Assembly: GCA_028534125.1 (NCBI GenBank)
Contig: CM052816.1
Span: forward strand, 16,494,001 to 16,558,000
Direction: 5' to 3'
From: Lama glama
Taxonomy: Eukaryota
Length of the DNA stretch: 64,000 bases
A program made the position numbers and the translations under genes. A model generated the notes under the pieces. The model had not been told where the DNA came from and searched no databases. It saw only the letters and a list, made by a program, of their open reading frames with translations. Of the stretch, positions 1 to 12,208 are shown one piece after another; the first letter of the stretch is position 1; each line of letters begins with the position of its first letter.

Positions 1-1049
1 TAATGGACTATCCTATTACTTGTCAAGAAGGACAACTTACTTCCATTAAACACCATTGCTCCTTTGGAGAATGCTCCCTCATTCCTTGTGTCCTGGAGTG
101 TACATGTGAGCCAGACTGACTAATCAACTCCTCTAACAACAGAAATTGGTTCAGTGCTGAGTGTGGCCAAAGCAAAACTAATTAGTCCCCTCTAGGACTA
201 AGACACAAAGATTGAGGAAGAAAAGTTTTTTCTGCTGGGATGACAAAAGTAGGATGACCACCTCAAACTAGAGGTGGACATCTTATCCAATATGCATGTA
301 TGAAAACAAAGGTAAACTGAAATACATGGACTCAAGTAATGAAGAAAGTCTCAAATCTTTTCAGTCAGTCACATCTAGCCATGCCTGAACTCAGGGTCTA
401 CTCCTAGAATTCCCAGTTACAAAGACCCATAAACTCCTTTTTTGCTTAAACAAGTTCGAGCTGAATTTCTGTAACCTACACTTGGTGAGGTTATATGACC
501 ATTAGCAAACTAGATAGACAGATAGACAAGATAGATAAATAGATAATAATCCTACTGGAGAACAATTTAGAAATACATTTTTAAAGTCCTAAAACCTATG
601 TCCCTGAGGAAACTCTCTGTATGGTAATTACATGGTTACATATACATGTAAAACTTTATCAAACTTTACACCAATTTGTGTACTTCACTGGATATAAATT
701 ATACATTAATTTTTTAAAAAAGATCTGTGCCCCTATATTTCTACTCCAGGAAATATGTCTTAGAGCTATAATTTTTTTAAAAAAGGGAAAACATTGTATG
801 TAAACGGTGTTCACTCACTATAGCATTATTTATATGAACAACATAAAAATAACCTGTAAGTCCAATAATAGAGAAATATGCAATAGAAAGTATAGAAAAC
901 AGTTTTAAAGATTAAAAAAATCATTGAAAAAACCTACAATTAGTGTTAAAGTTTTAGAAAAAAATAACAAAAATGCTACCAAAGTTAGAAATAAAACTAG
1001 GGTAAAATGCACTAAATATAAAATACTATTTATAATAATTCAAAAATAA

Positions 1050-2550
1050 AAATAATGTAAACCTAGGAAACATACAGAGAACTCATATGCTAAATACTAA
1101 TGAAAGAAACAAAAAAAAATGACCCAAATAGATGGAAACATTTTGTTCAGACTGAAAGACTCAATATAGTAAAAATGTCAACTCTCCCCAAATTGATTAC
1201 AAGTTTAATGTAATTCCTGTCAAAATCCCAAGTTTTTATACATATAGACAACACTATCTAAAATTTATACGGAAAAGCAAAAGAACTAGAATAGCTAAAA
1301 CTATTTAGAAGAAGAATAAAGTGAGAGGAATCACTCAACGTAATTCTAAGACTCATCGCTACAGCAATAAAGACTGGGTACTGACAGAGGGATAGACACA
1401 TTGATCAATGGAACAAAACAGAGAACCCAGAAATAATCCCACATAAGCACAGCTGACTGATTTTTTACAAGGTGGGGGCAAAAGCAATTCAATGAAGGAA
1501 AGACAGTCTTTTCAATAAATGGGACTGCAACAACTGTATGTTCATAAGGGAAAAAAAGAACTCAACCTAAACCTCACATGTTATACAAAAACTGACCCAA
1601 AATGATTCGAGAGTTAGCTGTAAAATATAAAAATACAAAACTTTTTAAAGAAAACAGGAGAAAATCTTCATGAGCTAAATAAAGCTTGCTGAAGAATTCT
1701 TCAACCTAACACCAAAAGCATGATCCAGAAATGGGAGTGGGGGAGTAAATCAACAATTTGGACTTCATCACAATTAAAAACTTTTACTATGCAAAAGACC
1801 TGTTAAGAAGATGAAAAGACAAGCTATACCCACACCATGGAGTACTCATGGAATACCCTCTAGCAATATAAAGTTAATACTATTGATATACCACCTTGGA
1901 TGGCTCTCACGTTGAGGGAAAAAAGGCCCATCTCAAAAGGTCATATATTGTACAGCCAAAGATATCACCATTTGTGTATGGGGAAACAAATCTACCTATA
2001 TTTATATACATAGATATATAGAGTGCTATATATACACACACACACACATACATACATACATACATACACACACACACAGTTTTACATAAAGTAAATCTTG
2101 TTATACTTTTCTAGAAATTGTTTCACTTGACATTAAGTAATGAATATCTTTCCATGTCAATAAAAATAATTCAACATAAAAAAGTCATATATTGTTTGAT
2201 TCCATTTATACAATATTCTTGAAATGACAGGATTTGAAATGACAGATTACTTGCCAGCGGTTAGGTATGATGCAGAATGTTAAGAATATGGGTATGAATA
2301 TAAAGACATGGCATGAGGGAGAGCTTTGTGGTGATAGACTTGACTGGAGAGGTGGCTACACAAATCTACACAGGTGATAAAACCAGAGAATTATATACAC
2401 ATATTGTGCCAATGTCAATTTCCTGGTGTTGATATTGTACTACAGTTCCATAAAATGTAACCACTGGGGGAAACTGAGCAAAGGGTGCACTGGACTACTC
2501 TGTACTATCTTTGCAACTCCCTGTGAATCAAAATTAAAAGTTAAGAAAAA
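1050..2550 (+). mobile_element. Old L1M ORF2 3' part plus 3'UTR, degenerate
   Basis: L1 ORF2 motifs (GAAAGACTCAATATAGTAAAAATGTC, GATCAATGGAACAAAACAGAGAACCCAGAAATA, TTGGACTTCATCAC). 3'UTR motifs extend to ~2550. Confidence 0.8.
2031..2078. repeat. (CA)/(TACA) microsatellite
   Basis: Direct reading. Confidence 0.9.
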
Positions 2551-3589
2551 CAAAGTAACCTGTTAGTTGACTTTTATTAGTATAAATAAACACAGGGGAA
2601 AAAAATATTGTAATGAAATTTTTTTTAACTTGACAGAAAATTGCATAGCAGAATCTTAACAGCTCTAAGCTGAGGAGAGTATGCTAATTTTAGGTAATTC
2701 ACCCGGAATTTTTAGTAGCACACACTGCCTCAATACATACCCTAAACGTTTCAAGTCTCAGAAAAAAAAAATTTCACATACAAGATCCCTTAGTTTTATC
2801 TATAAAGAACATCAGGGGAAAAAAAAAAAAAACAACCACCACCACCAGCCATTTATACAGGCCCAGCTGTCAGTAAACCTGCAAGACACCTAGCCAATCC
2901 TCCCTTTCCATGGTCTGATATAGCAGTCCTTTCTGTGACAGCACCATCTCATCGCCCACTACCCTGATGATCTCTTGACTGTTGGTCCTGCCTCCAGGCT
3001 CTCCCCCAACCCCTGTAATTCTTCCTTCACACACCTGACACTAATCTCTCCAAAACACCACTCTTTTTCTTATTCTGTGTTGCCCAGATGGCAGAACTCC
3101 TTAAAACAGGAAGAAAGTGAAGGAGACATATTTCAGTTTAATTTCAGGAAAAAAAAAAACTTTAAAAATAAACCCAAAGTAATGCTGGGAAAAGCTGAAA
3201 AGCGCAAGAATACATAAATGGGCACCTCAGACTCTTGGGGCCTTCTTCTCCCTCATTCACCTGGAAATGACCACGAGCTATGAGGAAGAAGTTGCTGATG
3301 CAGTGGCAAGTCTCTGATTTTGGGCTCTGAGATCTAATTGAACTGTAACTAATAGATTAAAAAACCCTGTTCTAGTAGAAACTATTCCTCATCACTCCAC
3401 TTTCAACTTCCCATCACTGGTCCTCCTTTTTCAATGTCTCTCCCCTTTTCAAACAAGTCTCATTTAGGCCTTCCCATTTCTGTCCCTCAAATGTACCCTA
3501 CCCAGCTAAGGGCTCTCTTTTTCTCATCAGAGCCGTACTCAAGGACAGGATTCATGAAATACATTTAGACACTGTTTTCCAGGTATTGA

Positions 3590-3775
3590 TAAAATATGTA
3601 AGGAATGACTGCTAATGGATATGAGATTTCTTTTGGGGGTAATGAAAATGTTCTGTAATCAAATAATGATGACAGCTGCACAATTCCGTGAATATACTAA
3701 AAACCACTGAATTACAAACTTTAAAAGGATGAATTTTATGTTATGTAAATTATACCTCAATTTTTTTTTAAAGTT
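3590..3775 (+). mobile_element. Short L1MB-type 3' end
   Basis: GACTGCTAATGGATATGAGATTTCTTTTGGGGGTAATGAAAATGTTCT...ATGTAAATTATACCTCAAT. Confidence 0.75.
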
Positions 3776-4563
3776 AAGACTCTCCATTGGTACTCCTGTA
3801 TTTACATTTAGCACTGAGGAGGAAAACACCTTAATTTTTGAGATGAGCCTTTTCTTGGAGAACACAGTCAATTATCTTCCTCAAACATCTAAGTGCCTAT
3901 CAAGGACCAGGCACCATGATTGCTGCCACAAAGAACAGTCGCTAGACCAGCAAAGAACCCACCTTGCTGGAGCCTAGAGAAAGGAAGACAACCAATTATT
4001 TAATTACCACTGTGATAAGAGCCAGGAAGAAAAGTCTAAGGTAAGAATGATCTAACCAAAGTGGGCAATGTCAGGGTGGGTAGGGTCCCAAAAAGAGAAA
4101 AGAGCACATTTCTAAGAGGCACTTGTATGCCTCAGTCCATATAAGGCAGTTAACAACTAGTTAAGGTTGACTGGCAGTACAATGAAACCCCGAGATCAAC
4201 AAGGGTTTCAATGCCATGCAATTGGTAATTGGCTCCCATCTACCACAGGAGACTCACCTGGTCTTAAGGCAAAGTGACCCTGCATTTATGTGAGTGCTTT
4301 ACCCACTGACAGTGTCAGATAAGTATTTAGTGTACTCACAGATGTTTGTGTTTATTATTCATGTAATCAGAGGCAAATAAAAAAAATTAAGTTATGCTAA
4401 AAAACTGTATACATTAGTCTGTTATTAATTATGACTGCAAAGAAAGCACAGGGCTTATACAAACACAAAGATACAAAAGGTCTAATTTTTGGCTCAAAAG
4501 CATTATTAATAAGTACATAAATCAATACTTATTTGAAAACAGTAAGCTCATATGTTTAATAGG

Positions 4564-4643
4564 CTGGGAAAACCCTATATCAGAAGTACAGTGGGTCAAA
4601 TCTGGGAAAACCCTATATCAGAAGTATAGCGGGTCAAATCTGG
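4564..4643. repeat. 38-bp tandem duplication at the start of a MER58-like fragment (element extends to ~4720)
   Basis: CTGGGAAAACCCTATATCAGAAGTAYAGYGGGTCAAAT at 4564-4601 and 4602-4639. Confidence 0.9.
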
Positions 4644-5009
4644 CCAACCCCATGTTTTTATTGTTTTACTGGAATACAGCATGTCCATTTGTTTATATAT
4701 TGTCTGTAGCTACTTTCCCAACCTAATACCTAATCCCTTTTTTGGGGGGGGGGGGAATGCCAACTTATACTAGACGGAAGTAGCCCACATTGATTCAGAA
4801 CAAGAAAATCTTCTTATATACCCCTTAGCAATTAAGTGTTCCACTGGATAAGCACAGACTTCAAGTGCGAAGAATTCTAATTCATTAGTCAATCTGTTAT
4901 GGAGCTCTAGATAAATCATAATTACTCTGCATTTTATATACCAGTAAAATTCAGAGCAATTAGGTCAGTTTTGTGTAAGTGCTCAGGACCACTGAAAGCA
5001 GGCCTGGGA

Positions 5010-5470
5010 AAGGTGTCTGTATAAATTATCTTTTCCTGCCCAACAAATCACCCCCAAAGTTGGCAGGTTAAAAATGACATTATCTCCCTAAGTTTTCTGT
5101 GGATCAGGAATCAGGGTGGGTTGGGGCTGCCATCACCTGAAACTTGACTGGAGCTGGGGGATCTGCCTCCAAGGTGGCTTATTCACATGTTTGATAAATA
5201 GGTGTAAGAGGTCTCAGTTCCTCACCACAGAACCTCCTGAGTGTCCCTCATAACATAGCAGCCAGCTTCCCCCAGAAAGAATAATTCACCAGGAAGAGAC
5301 AGCATGACAGTACACTCTTTATAATTTTGCTTTAAAAGTAGATGATGTAAATTTCACACCACATTCTATTCTTTATAGAGCCAAGAGTCTCTTAAGTCCA
5401 ACACACATTTAAGAGAATTAAGTTAGGCCCCACTTTTTAAAGGGAGAAGTGTCCAAAATCTGCAGATAAC
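5010..5470 (-). mobile_element. MLT1-type (ERVL-MaLR) LTR, old
   Basis: AACAAATCACCCCCAAAGTTGGCAGGTTAAAA...TTCTGTGGATCAGGAAT...TCTGCCTCCAAGGTGGCTTATTCACATG. Confidence 0.65.
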
Positions 5471-6233
5471 ATCACTTCAAGATTTCAAGCGATGAGTAAA
5501 CAGCTTTAACAACAGAACCAGCAAGGTTTGGTTGACTAAAGAATCTGTGCATAACCATTTTCATATCATATATTTTGCTCTATTTATGATAGGAGAGAGG
5601 TTTCATCACCATTTCTTCACATTCTTCAAATAAAAAGCAACCCAACAGAAAAAAGCAAGGCACTTCAGCTTTTCACAATCTGATACAGTAATGATGGGAA
5701 ACAGTTGTTTTTGTTTAAGTTATAGGGTTTTTTTCCCCTGCAAGAAGCAGGTAAATTATGGGGAATAGATCATGGATAGATCACTTATAATTGCAAAGTT
5801 GCACTAGGACAGGTAAGTACTTATGATTCAGGCCACATAAAAGATTTTCTGGGATATAAACAAAAACAACAAGAAAACAAAAAGTTTAGATGCATTCGCA
5901 ATTTGGGGGGAGTGTATTATACCATGATTGCTACAGATTTGTATCACAGTAACTTCTGAAATAAGAAACATATATAGTGAAAAGCAGATACATGTAACAT
6001 TAAACACATTTTGAAAATAAATGTCTTAGTCACTAGAATTAATGAACACTAGACCAAATTCACTCATTAATATTGTGAGTTTCATTCAGAGGAGGCAAGA
6101 AAACTTGGAGAGCAAAACTTTCTCACAGAGGACAATGAAGTAATAGGCATCCTAATTTCCTCAACAGAAAGCTCAAAAATTATCCTGCATTGCACAATTA
6201 AACTGCTTTAAAATAAATTCATTCAAAACCCAC

Positions 6234-7305
6234 TCTACTAGGTTGAATACTGTCCTCCCAAAATTCAAGTCCACCCAGAACATATGACTGGCATCTTTTT
6301 TGGATGTAGGGTCTTTGCAGATACAATCAAGTTTAAAAGGTCATAGTGACCCAGGAATCTTAATCCTGGGCATATATCCAGAAGGAACCCTACTTCAGGA
6401 TGACACCTGAACCCCAATGTTCATAGCAGCATTATTTACAATAGCCAAGACATGGAAACAGCCTAAATGTCCATCAACAGATGACTGGCTAAAGAAGATG
6501 TGGTATGTTTATACAATGGAGTATTACTCAGCCATAAAAACGGACAACATAATGCCATTTGCAGCAACATGGATGCACCTGGAGAGTGTCATTCTAAGTG
6601 AAGCCAGAAAGAGAAAGAAAAATACCATATGAGATCGCTCATATGTGGAATCTAAAAAAAACAAAAAACAAAAAACAAAGCATAAATACAAAACAGAAAT
6701 AGACTCACAGACATAGAATACAAACTTGTGGTTGCCAAGGGAGCGGGGGGGGGGGAGAGATAGACTGGGATTTCAAAATTGTAGAACAGATAAACGAGAT
6801 TATACTGTATAGCACAGGGAAATATACAAGATCTTATGGTAGCTCACAGAGAAAAAAATGTGACAATGAATATATATATGTTCATGTATAACTGAAAAAT
6901 TGTGCTCTACACTGGAATTTGACACAACATTGTAAAATGATTATAAATCAATAAAAATGTTAAAAACAAAAAAAGGTCATAGTGGATTAGGCTGGACCCT
7001 AATTCAATGACTGTTGTTCACATAAGAGGGACTTTGCACACAGATGCAAGGAGAATAGCATGTGAAAAAAAGGGCAGAGACTGGAGTAGTATGTCTACAA
7101 GCCATGGAACACCAAGATTGCCAGCAACTGCCAGAAGCTACGAAAGAATATGGAAAAGATTTTTCATATGAGCCCCCAAGAATCAACCTGATGACACCTT
7201 GGTTTCAGCTATCTGGCCTCCAGAACTTCAAGAAAATAAGTTTCTGTTGTTCTAAGCAACCAAGTTTGTAATAATTTATTACGGCAATCCTAGAAAACTA
7301 ATATA
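6234..7305 (+). mobile_element. MLT1C-like MaLR solo LTR interrupted by a young L1
   Basis: GGTTGAATACTGTCCTCCCAAAATTCA...TGGCCTCCAGAACT...CTAGAAAACTAATATA. 5-bp TSD CCCAC/TCCAC. Confidence 0.8.
6349..6970 (+). mobile_element. Young 5'-truncated lineage-specific L1 (ORF2 C-terminus, 3'UTR, A tail)
   Basis: [44 protein letters not shown]. 14-bp TSD AAAAGGTCATAGTG at 6335-6348 and 6971-6984. TT/AAAA nick site. Confidence 0.95.
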
Positions 7306-8264
7306 TCCACTTAGCTAATATTATGAAATTTAAATTATCTCATTATTTGCAGTATTAAGGAATATTTACTCACAAATTCAAAACAACCGGAGACAGCATC
7401 TCCATTAAATGCACTGTCCTTTTTGGGTACTGTCATAGGAATGAATTTGACTTAAGACTCCAATGGACTATGCACATTGCTGTCAGCCAACAGAGATCCA
7501 CTCAGGTTCTCCCAAAGGCCAGTAAAGCAAATGCACAGAGTAGGGGGTCAGATCGATTTACCTGATGTCCAAAAACCTATGTCTTTGTTGAAGTCCTCCT
7601 GCTGGACCAGAAGTTCAACACAAAACTATAGGTTTCAAGAAGTTAATCTTCCAGATTTAAAGACCTCTTATCATATATGTAGCATCATGGTGAGGACAGT
7701 TTTTCTAATAGTAACTACTGATAAGCTGTATGTTATAATTTCACTTTTTATTATTTCTGAGTTTCCCAAAACATGATTCCTTTAAGCTCAGATTTAAATT
7801 ATTTCAAACTCAAACCAGTGCAAATATGGATGACTGATTTAACATATGAGTCTGACAGAATGGAGCAGTTTCAAGGGTATTTTCATAATGGCTGGACATT
7901 TTTCCATTTTATCACCCCTATGTCTTCAGCATGAACAAGATATTACATAGGATGAAAAGTAAACTTCTGCCCCATTTATTTCCTATCAAATTGTGTTACA
8001 ACACTTCTAATACTCAACTATTACTTATAACACCAAAGAGAAACGGATTCAGATCTCTCAAAATAGATGTTCCTTTGTTAGTATCTCTTCTGATTGAAGC
8101 TTAAGCCAGTACAATTTAATACTTTCCCAATAACTGAATATTATGTTATCTGAACAACTGGTAAGCATATAAGAATAAAAATATTGACCACAAAAAGTCA
8201 CCTTCAAGAATTTTCTAGAAAGGCCTGCCTTTCTCTATATATGTAAAAAGCAATATTGACCTAC

Positions 8265-8460
8265 CTTGTTTTCGAACATCTTCTACAGCAGCCACAAGCT
8301 CCTCCTTGAGAAATTGACTCTCCTTCGCAATTTTATCCCCCTTCTCCAAGAAATTCTCAGTTGCTTGTTCAACAGATGCAGCCAAAACATGGGCCTTCTT
8401 AGAACGACCTCTCTTCTTATTAGACGGCCCCTTAGTATTGGTGTTTACCAGAGTTGTAAC
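8265..8460 (-). CDS. CTNNA1: Catenin alpha-1 exon 3 (196 nt, codons 36-101 partial); the gene continues beyond the left edge
   Basis: Translates VTTLVNTNTKGPSNKKRGRSKKAHVLAASVEQATENFLEKGDKIAKESQFLKEELVAAVEDVRKQ(G). Acceptor AG at 8462-8461, donor AAG|GTAGGT with GT at 8264-8263. In frame with exon 2. Confidence 0.98.
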
Positions 8461-9816
8461 CTAGAAGTTTCATTTTTGAAAATTAAACTGCAGTCAATTA
8501 AAATAACAGAAAAACTAACATCTTTAAATATAGCAAGAATAAATTATTCATATCAAAATGAAACATCACATTATGAAATTCCACTGTTAATAACATACAA
8601 CTCTCTCCATACTGAAAATATTCACAAATGATACTCTAGTTTCCAAAATAATTTAGCTATCTCAATGTGTAAGGTAAGAAATATAGTATTTTAATTCCTC
8701 AAACATGATCATTAAGCTTTTAAGCCCCATTTTACAAATTAAAAACTGACAACAACCAAGTTACACATCTCTATAATATGTCATCAAGAAGTTCAGAAAG
8801 AGGTTAACAATGACCTTATTAGCTTTGCCTGGAGGTTACATTTTTCAATGTTTTCAACCAGTGCAAAATGTTTTAGGAGAACTTGCTTCTGAAATCTTTT
8901 CACAGTTTATTCACACAAATCTCAGCAATTAATTAGGAAAGGCCCTCAATAAAGAAATGAACAACTGCTCAAAGCAGCCTACTGTGATGGCATTTAAGTC
9001 CCAGACATTAACCGATAATACTACCAGATGATCTGTAGGTTGAAGATAACTAAAGATTTGTGATTAGGGTAATTTGCCCCTCAAAAGACCTACTGACCCC
9101 TCAAAAGAGCTGCAGTAGCTAGGCTCCAAGAAAGCAAACATTACTGAGTCTTAGTACACACTCCTACTTACTTATTTATAATACTAGATTATATTTATGA
9201 GCTGGAATGGAGTTTTTTTAAGAAGAAAGCACATGCCGCTACATCTCATTTTCTTACACACTCTCACACATACACACACACAAGTGTAAAATGTGCCAAA
9301 ACACTGAAAGTGCATAGCTAGTAGCTAACAGTTAATAAAATGTTATCACATTGTGATATCTGTGCTAGTAACAGAACATTCCAAACCTACCTCCTCAAAT
9401 TAAACGACCTGCTAAGAGATCCTAGACAATCAAAGGTGTGTTAAGCAGAGTGAAGAGACTTAACAGTCAAGGCTCCATACCCCATCTTTCTTAGAAATAG
9501 CTTCCAAGCAAAGAGTGATACCAAAAAAACATCTATAAAGTGCAAACATTTGGAAAGTTGCACTACATACCACTGGCTCCTATTATGGCCAATAAGACTG
9601 AAAAAAATGGCAGCAACTACGTTTCTAAAGAGTTAAATGAATCCATGTATCAATATTTAATTATTAGTGGAGCTAAACTGTCTAATTACTATCAGCCTAA
9701 ACTCAGCCACTCAAATGAAGGCTTTGAACTAAATAACCTTGCCCTGTGTTTGTTACCCAGGCCTATTGCTATGGAACCATGTTACAACAACTATGCATTT
9801 GTTTGTAGATTCTTAC

Positions 9817-9921
9817 CTGGGTAACAAGAGGCTCCAACAGTCTTTCAACTGCCAAAGTCCTGATCTCTAAACTTTTGGGATCCCATTTGAAGTTTATGTT
9901 GCCTGCGTGGACAGCAGTCAT
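9817..9921 (-). CDS. CTNNA1: Catenin alpha-1, first coding exon (exon 2 spans 9817-9923 with 2 nt of 5'UTR), codons 1-35
   Basis: Translates MTAVHAGNINFKWDPKSLEIRTLAVERLLEPLVTQ, the alpha-E-catenin N-terminus. Acceptor TTTCAG with AG at 9925-9924, ATG at 9921-9919, donor CAG|GTAAGA with GT at 9816-9815. Confidence 0.98.
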
Positions 9922-11718
9922 TTCTGAAAGAGAAACAAAAACCTCGTCAGGCAAATATCAAACACAAACATGCTAATACATAACAAATCTTCTCCTAGTT
10001 AAGGACTTTTATACTAGGAAAGTGACATTCACCACAAGATAAAAAATTCTTACTAGCCTACACATTAGGGACTAATAATTCTTAGAATCGCTTATACTTA
10101 AGATTTTGAGTTTATAAACATTAGGGGTGTTACAAGAGGGCATTCCCAAGCACATTTGAGCTTTTCTCTTTGGACTTCCCTAGAACCAAGAAACTGTCAC
10201 CTCCAGTTTTTCCATACTGACTTAGAATCAGCATGAAAAGGTAAAGTAAATGAAGGCTAATACAGAAGATCCTAGTTTTTCTTCCTCCACAACATTTATA
10301 TAGTACAATATTTCTAAAAGGTATACACTCCACTTCATTTTTTGATGGATTCTTAGGGAACATCTTGTCTTACTATATTGAAACATAATGCTTAAGGTCG
10401 GCTGCCTTCTGTACCTACAGCTATTATCACTAATAGCCAGAAGCAATTTCCAGTTGCACTTAGTCAAATATCACTGTATCAGTGTCAAGGTAAACTTCCA
10501 TTAGACAGAGGCCATAAGAGTAAGGGGAAAGACTTCAACCAAAATATCAAGCAGTTGGTGTTTGCTTCTATAAGTAGTGCCTTAAAGAAAAAAAAAGAAA
10601 AACAGAAGTGTGTCCTTGAGGTAAACAGTAACATAAAATTTCCAGACAACAAACTGTTGATAGAAATATAAAACCTTTTTTTAAAGGGTACATTCTTACG
10701 AAGGAGAAATTCTACTTCTTGATTCTTATTCTAAAGGAGAAATTAAGGTATGTGTAAAAACTTGGATACAATGACATTCCCAACAGCACTGTACACAATC
10801 ATTAAAAACTGTAAACTAAATTTCAAACAACAGATCACTGAATAAATCACATAACCAACCACACAATGGGATACTATGCTGCTCTTAAAAAACAATGTTG
10901 ACAAAATTTAGAAAAAACACTAAACAGTGTTCTCACTGCCCATCTTTATTTCTACTAAATATTATTTCCTTCAGGGGAAAAAAAATGGGTGGGGCTTATT
11001 CCAGGTCTGATATATACTATTGTGCAGAAAGCAAGGAAAAGCACAGAGACTAACAAGATCATATCAAAAAAATACAAGAACCAAGGGCTCCAAGTTCAGT
11101 AAAGAATAAGTGATGACTGTAACTATATATTAGACAGACAGATAGCCTATGACCATAGGGATCCTCACAAGAAAAGAAAGGGAGTAGGAAAGGAATTTCT
11201 TTACCATGAATGTAGAATAGAATTAGAAAATGACCATTTGTTAATACCAGTGTAATAACTGATTGAGGCAAGGATTACCCATGGACATTAACACCATTAG
11301 GTGACAGGTTATTTATTAGAAAACAGCAGATTTGTAAGGTGCCAAAGTATCACCTGACAGGTTGGTTACTTACTAATTACAAGGGGGGCAGGCTAAACCT
11401 TTACAAGGGTGAGATCTAATGGTCACCCCCTTAAATAACTAAATTTAACATTGCTAATAATGAAGCTCTGATATTATATGCCTAATATGATGAAATATGA
11501 AGTGCTCTACACTCCCTAAAAAGTATTCTTGATGGAAAAAACGTTTTAAATGTGTTTTTCATGAGCCTCGGTATTACTATAAACTGAGCAAAGTTAGTTG
11601 TGCAACAGCCAAGTTAAAATTAAATGTTTAACCTGAGTCTAATGAAGCCTCTGCATAGGGATTCTAAATCTTTCTCAATGCCATGGACCCCTTTAGCAGT
11701 CTACTACACCCTATCGAC

Positions 11719-12208
11719 CAATGTTGTCCAACAGAAATAATACAAGCCACCTATATAATTATTTTCTAGTAGTCACGTTAAAAAAGTAAAGATAAACTGA
11801 TGAAATTAATTTCAACAATATATTTTATTTAAAATAGTATATCCAAAATATTATTTCAATATGTAATCAGTATTTTTTTCTATTAGAGATGTTTTACATA
11901 AGTACATGATGACATGACTAAGCAGTCATCACTGCTGGTTGGGGAGCCAAAGCTGAGGGCGTTGGGCGTGCTGAGGCTGCGGCCACCAACCCTGGTGGTG
12001 AAGGGGACATCATCCTCCCGGGGGCGGGGCTCGTCCTCACTGGGCGAGGCCATCAGGCAGATGTATGTGTGCAGCTGGATGAGGAGCCTTTACATAAGAT
12101 TGAAAATCCGAGATGTGTTTTAAGCTCATTTAAATTCAGAAAAGCCACATTTCAAGCACTCAATAGCCACATGTGGCTAATGGCTTCTATATTGATTGCA
12201 CAGTGCAG
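11719..12208 (+). mobile_element. MER33-like hAT-Charlie MITE interrupted by the NPRL3 fragment
   Basis: TGTCCAACAGAAATAATACAAGCCAC...AGCCACATTTCAAGCACTCAATAGCCACATGTGGCTA. Degenerate 8-bp TSD CTATCGAC (11711) / CTATAGAT (12209). Confidence 0.8.
11925..12088 (-). pseudogene. NPRL3: NPRL3 mRNA-derived internal fragment (no poly(A) tail)
   Basis: Minus strand translates [55 protein letters not shown], nearly identical to NPRL3 (GATOR1 subunit) as recalled. GC/CpG-rich patch in AT-rich DNA, flanked by TTTACATAAG direct repeats at 11893-11902 and 12089-12098. Confidence 0.9.

Noticed and set aside
8266..8631. 121-aa + strand ORF
   Set aside because: Antisense shadow of CTNNA1 exon 3.
11914..12123. 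69-aa + strand ORF
   Set aside because: Antisense shadow of the NPRL3 fragment.
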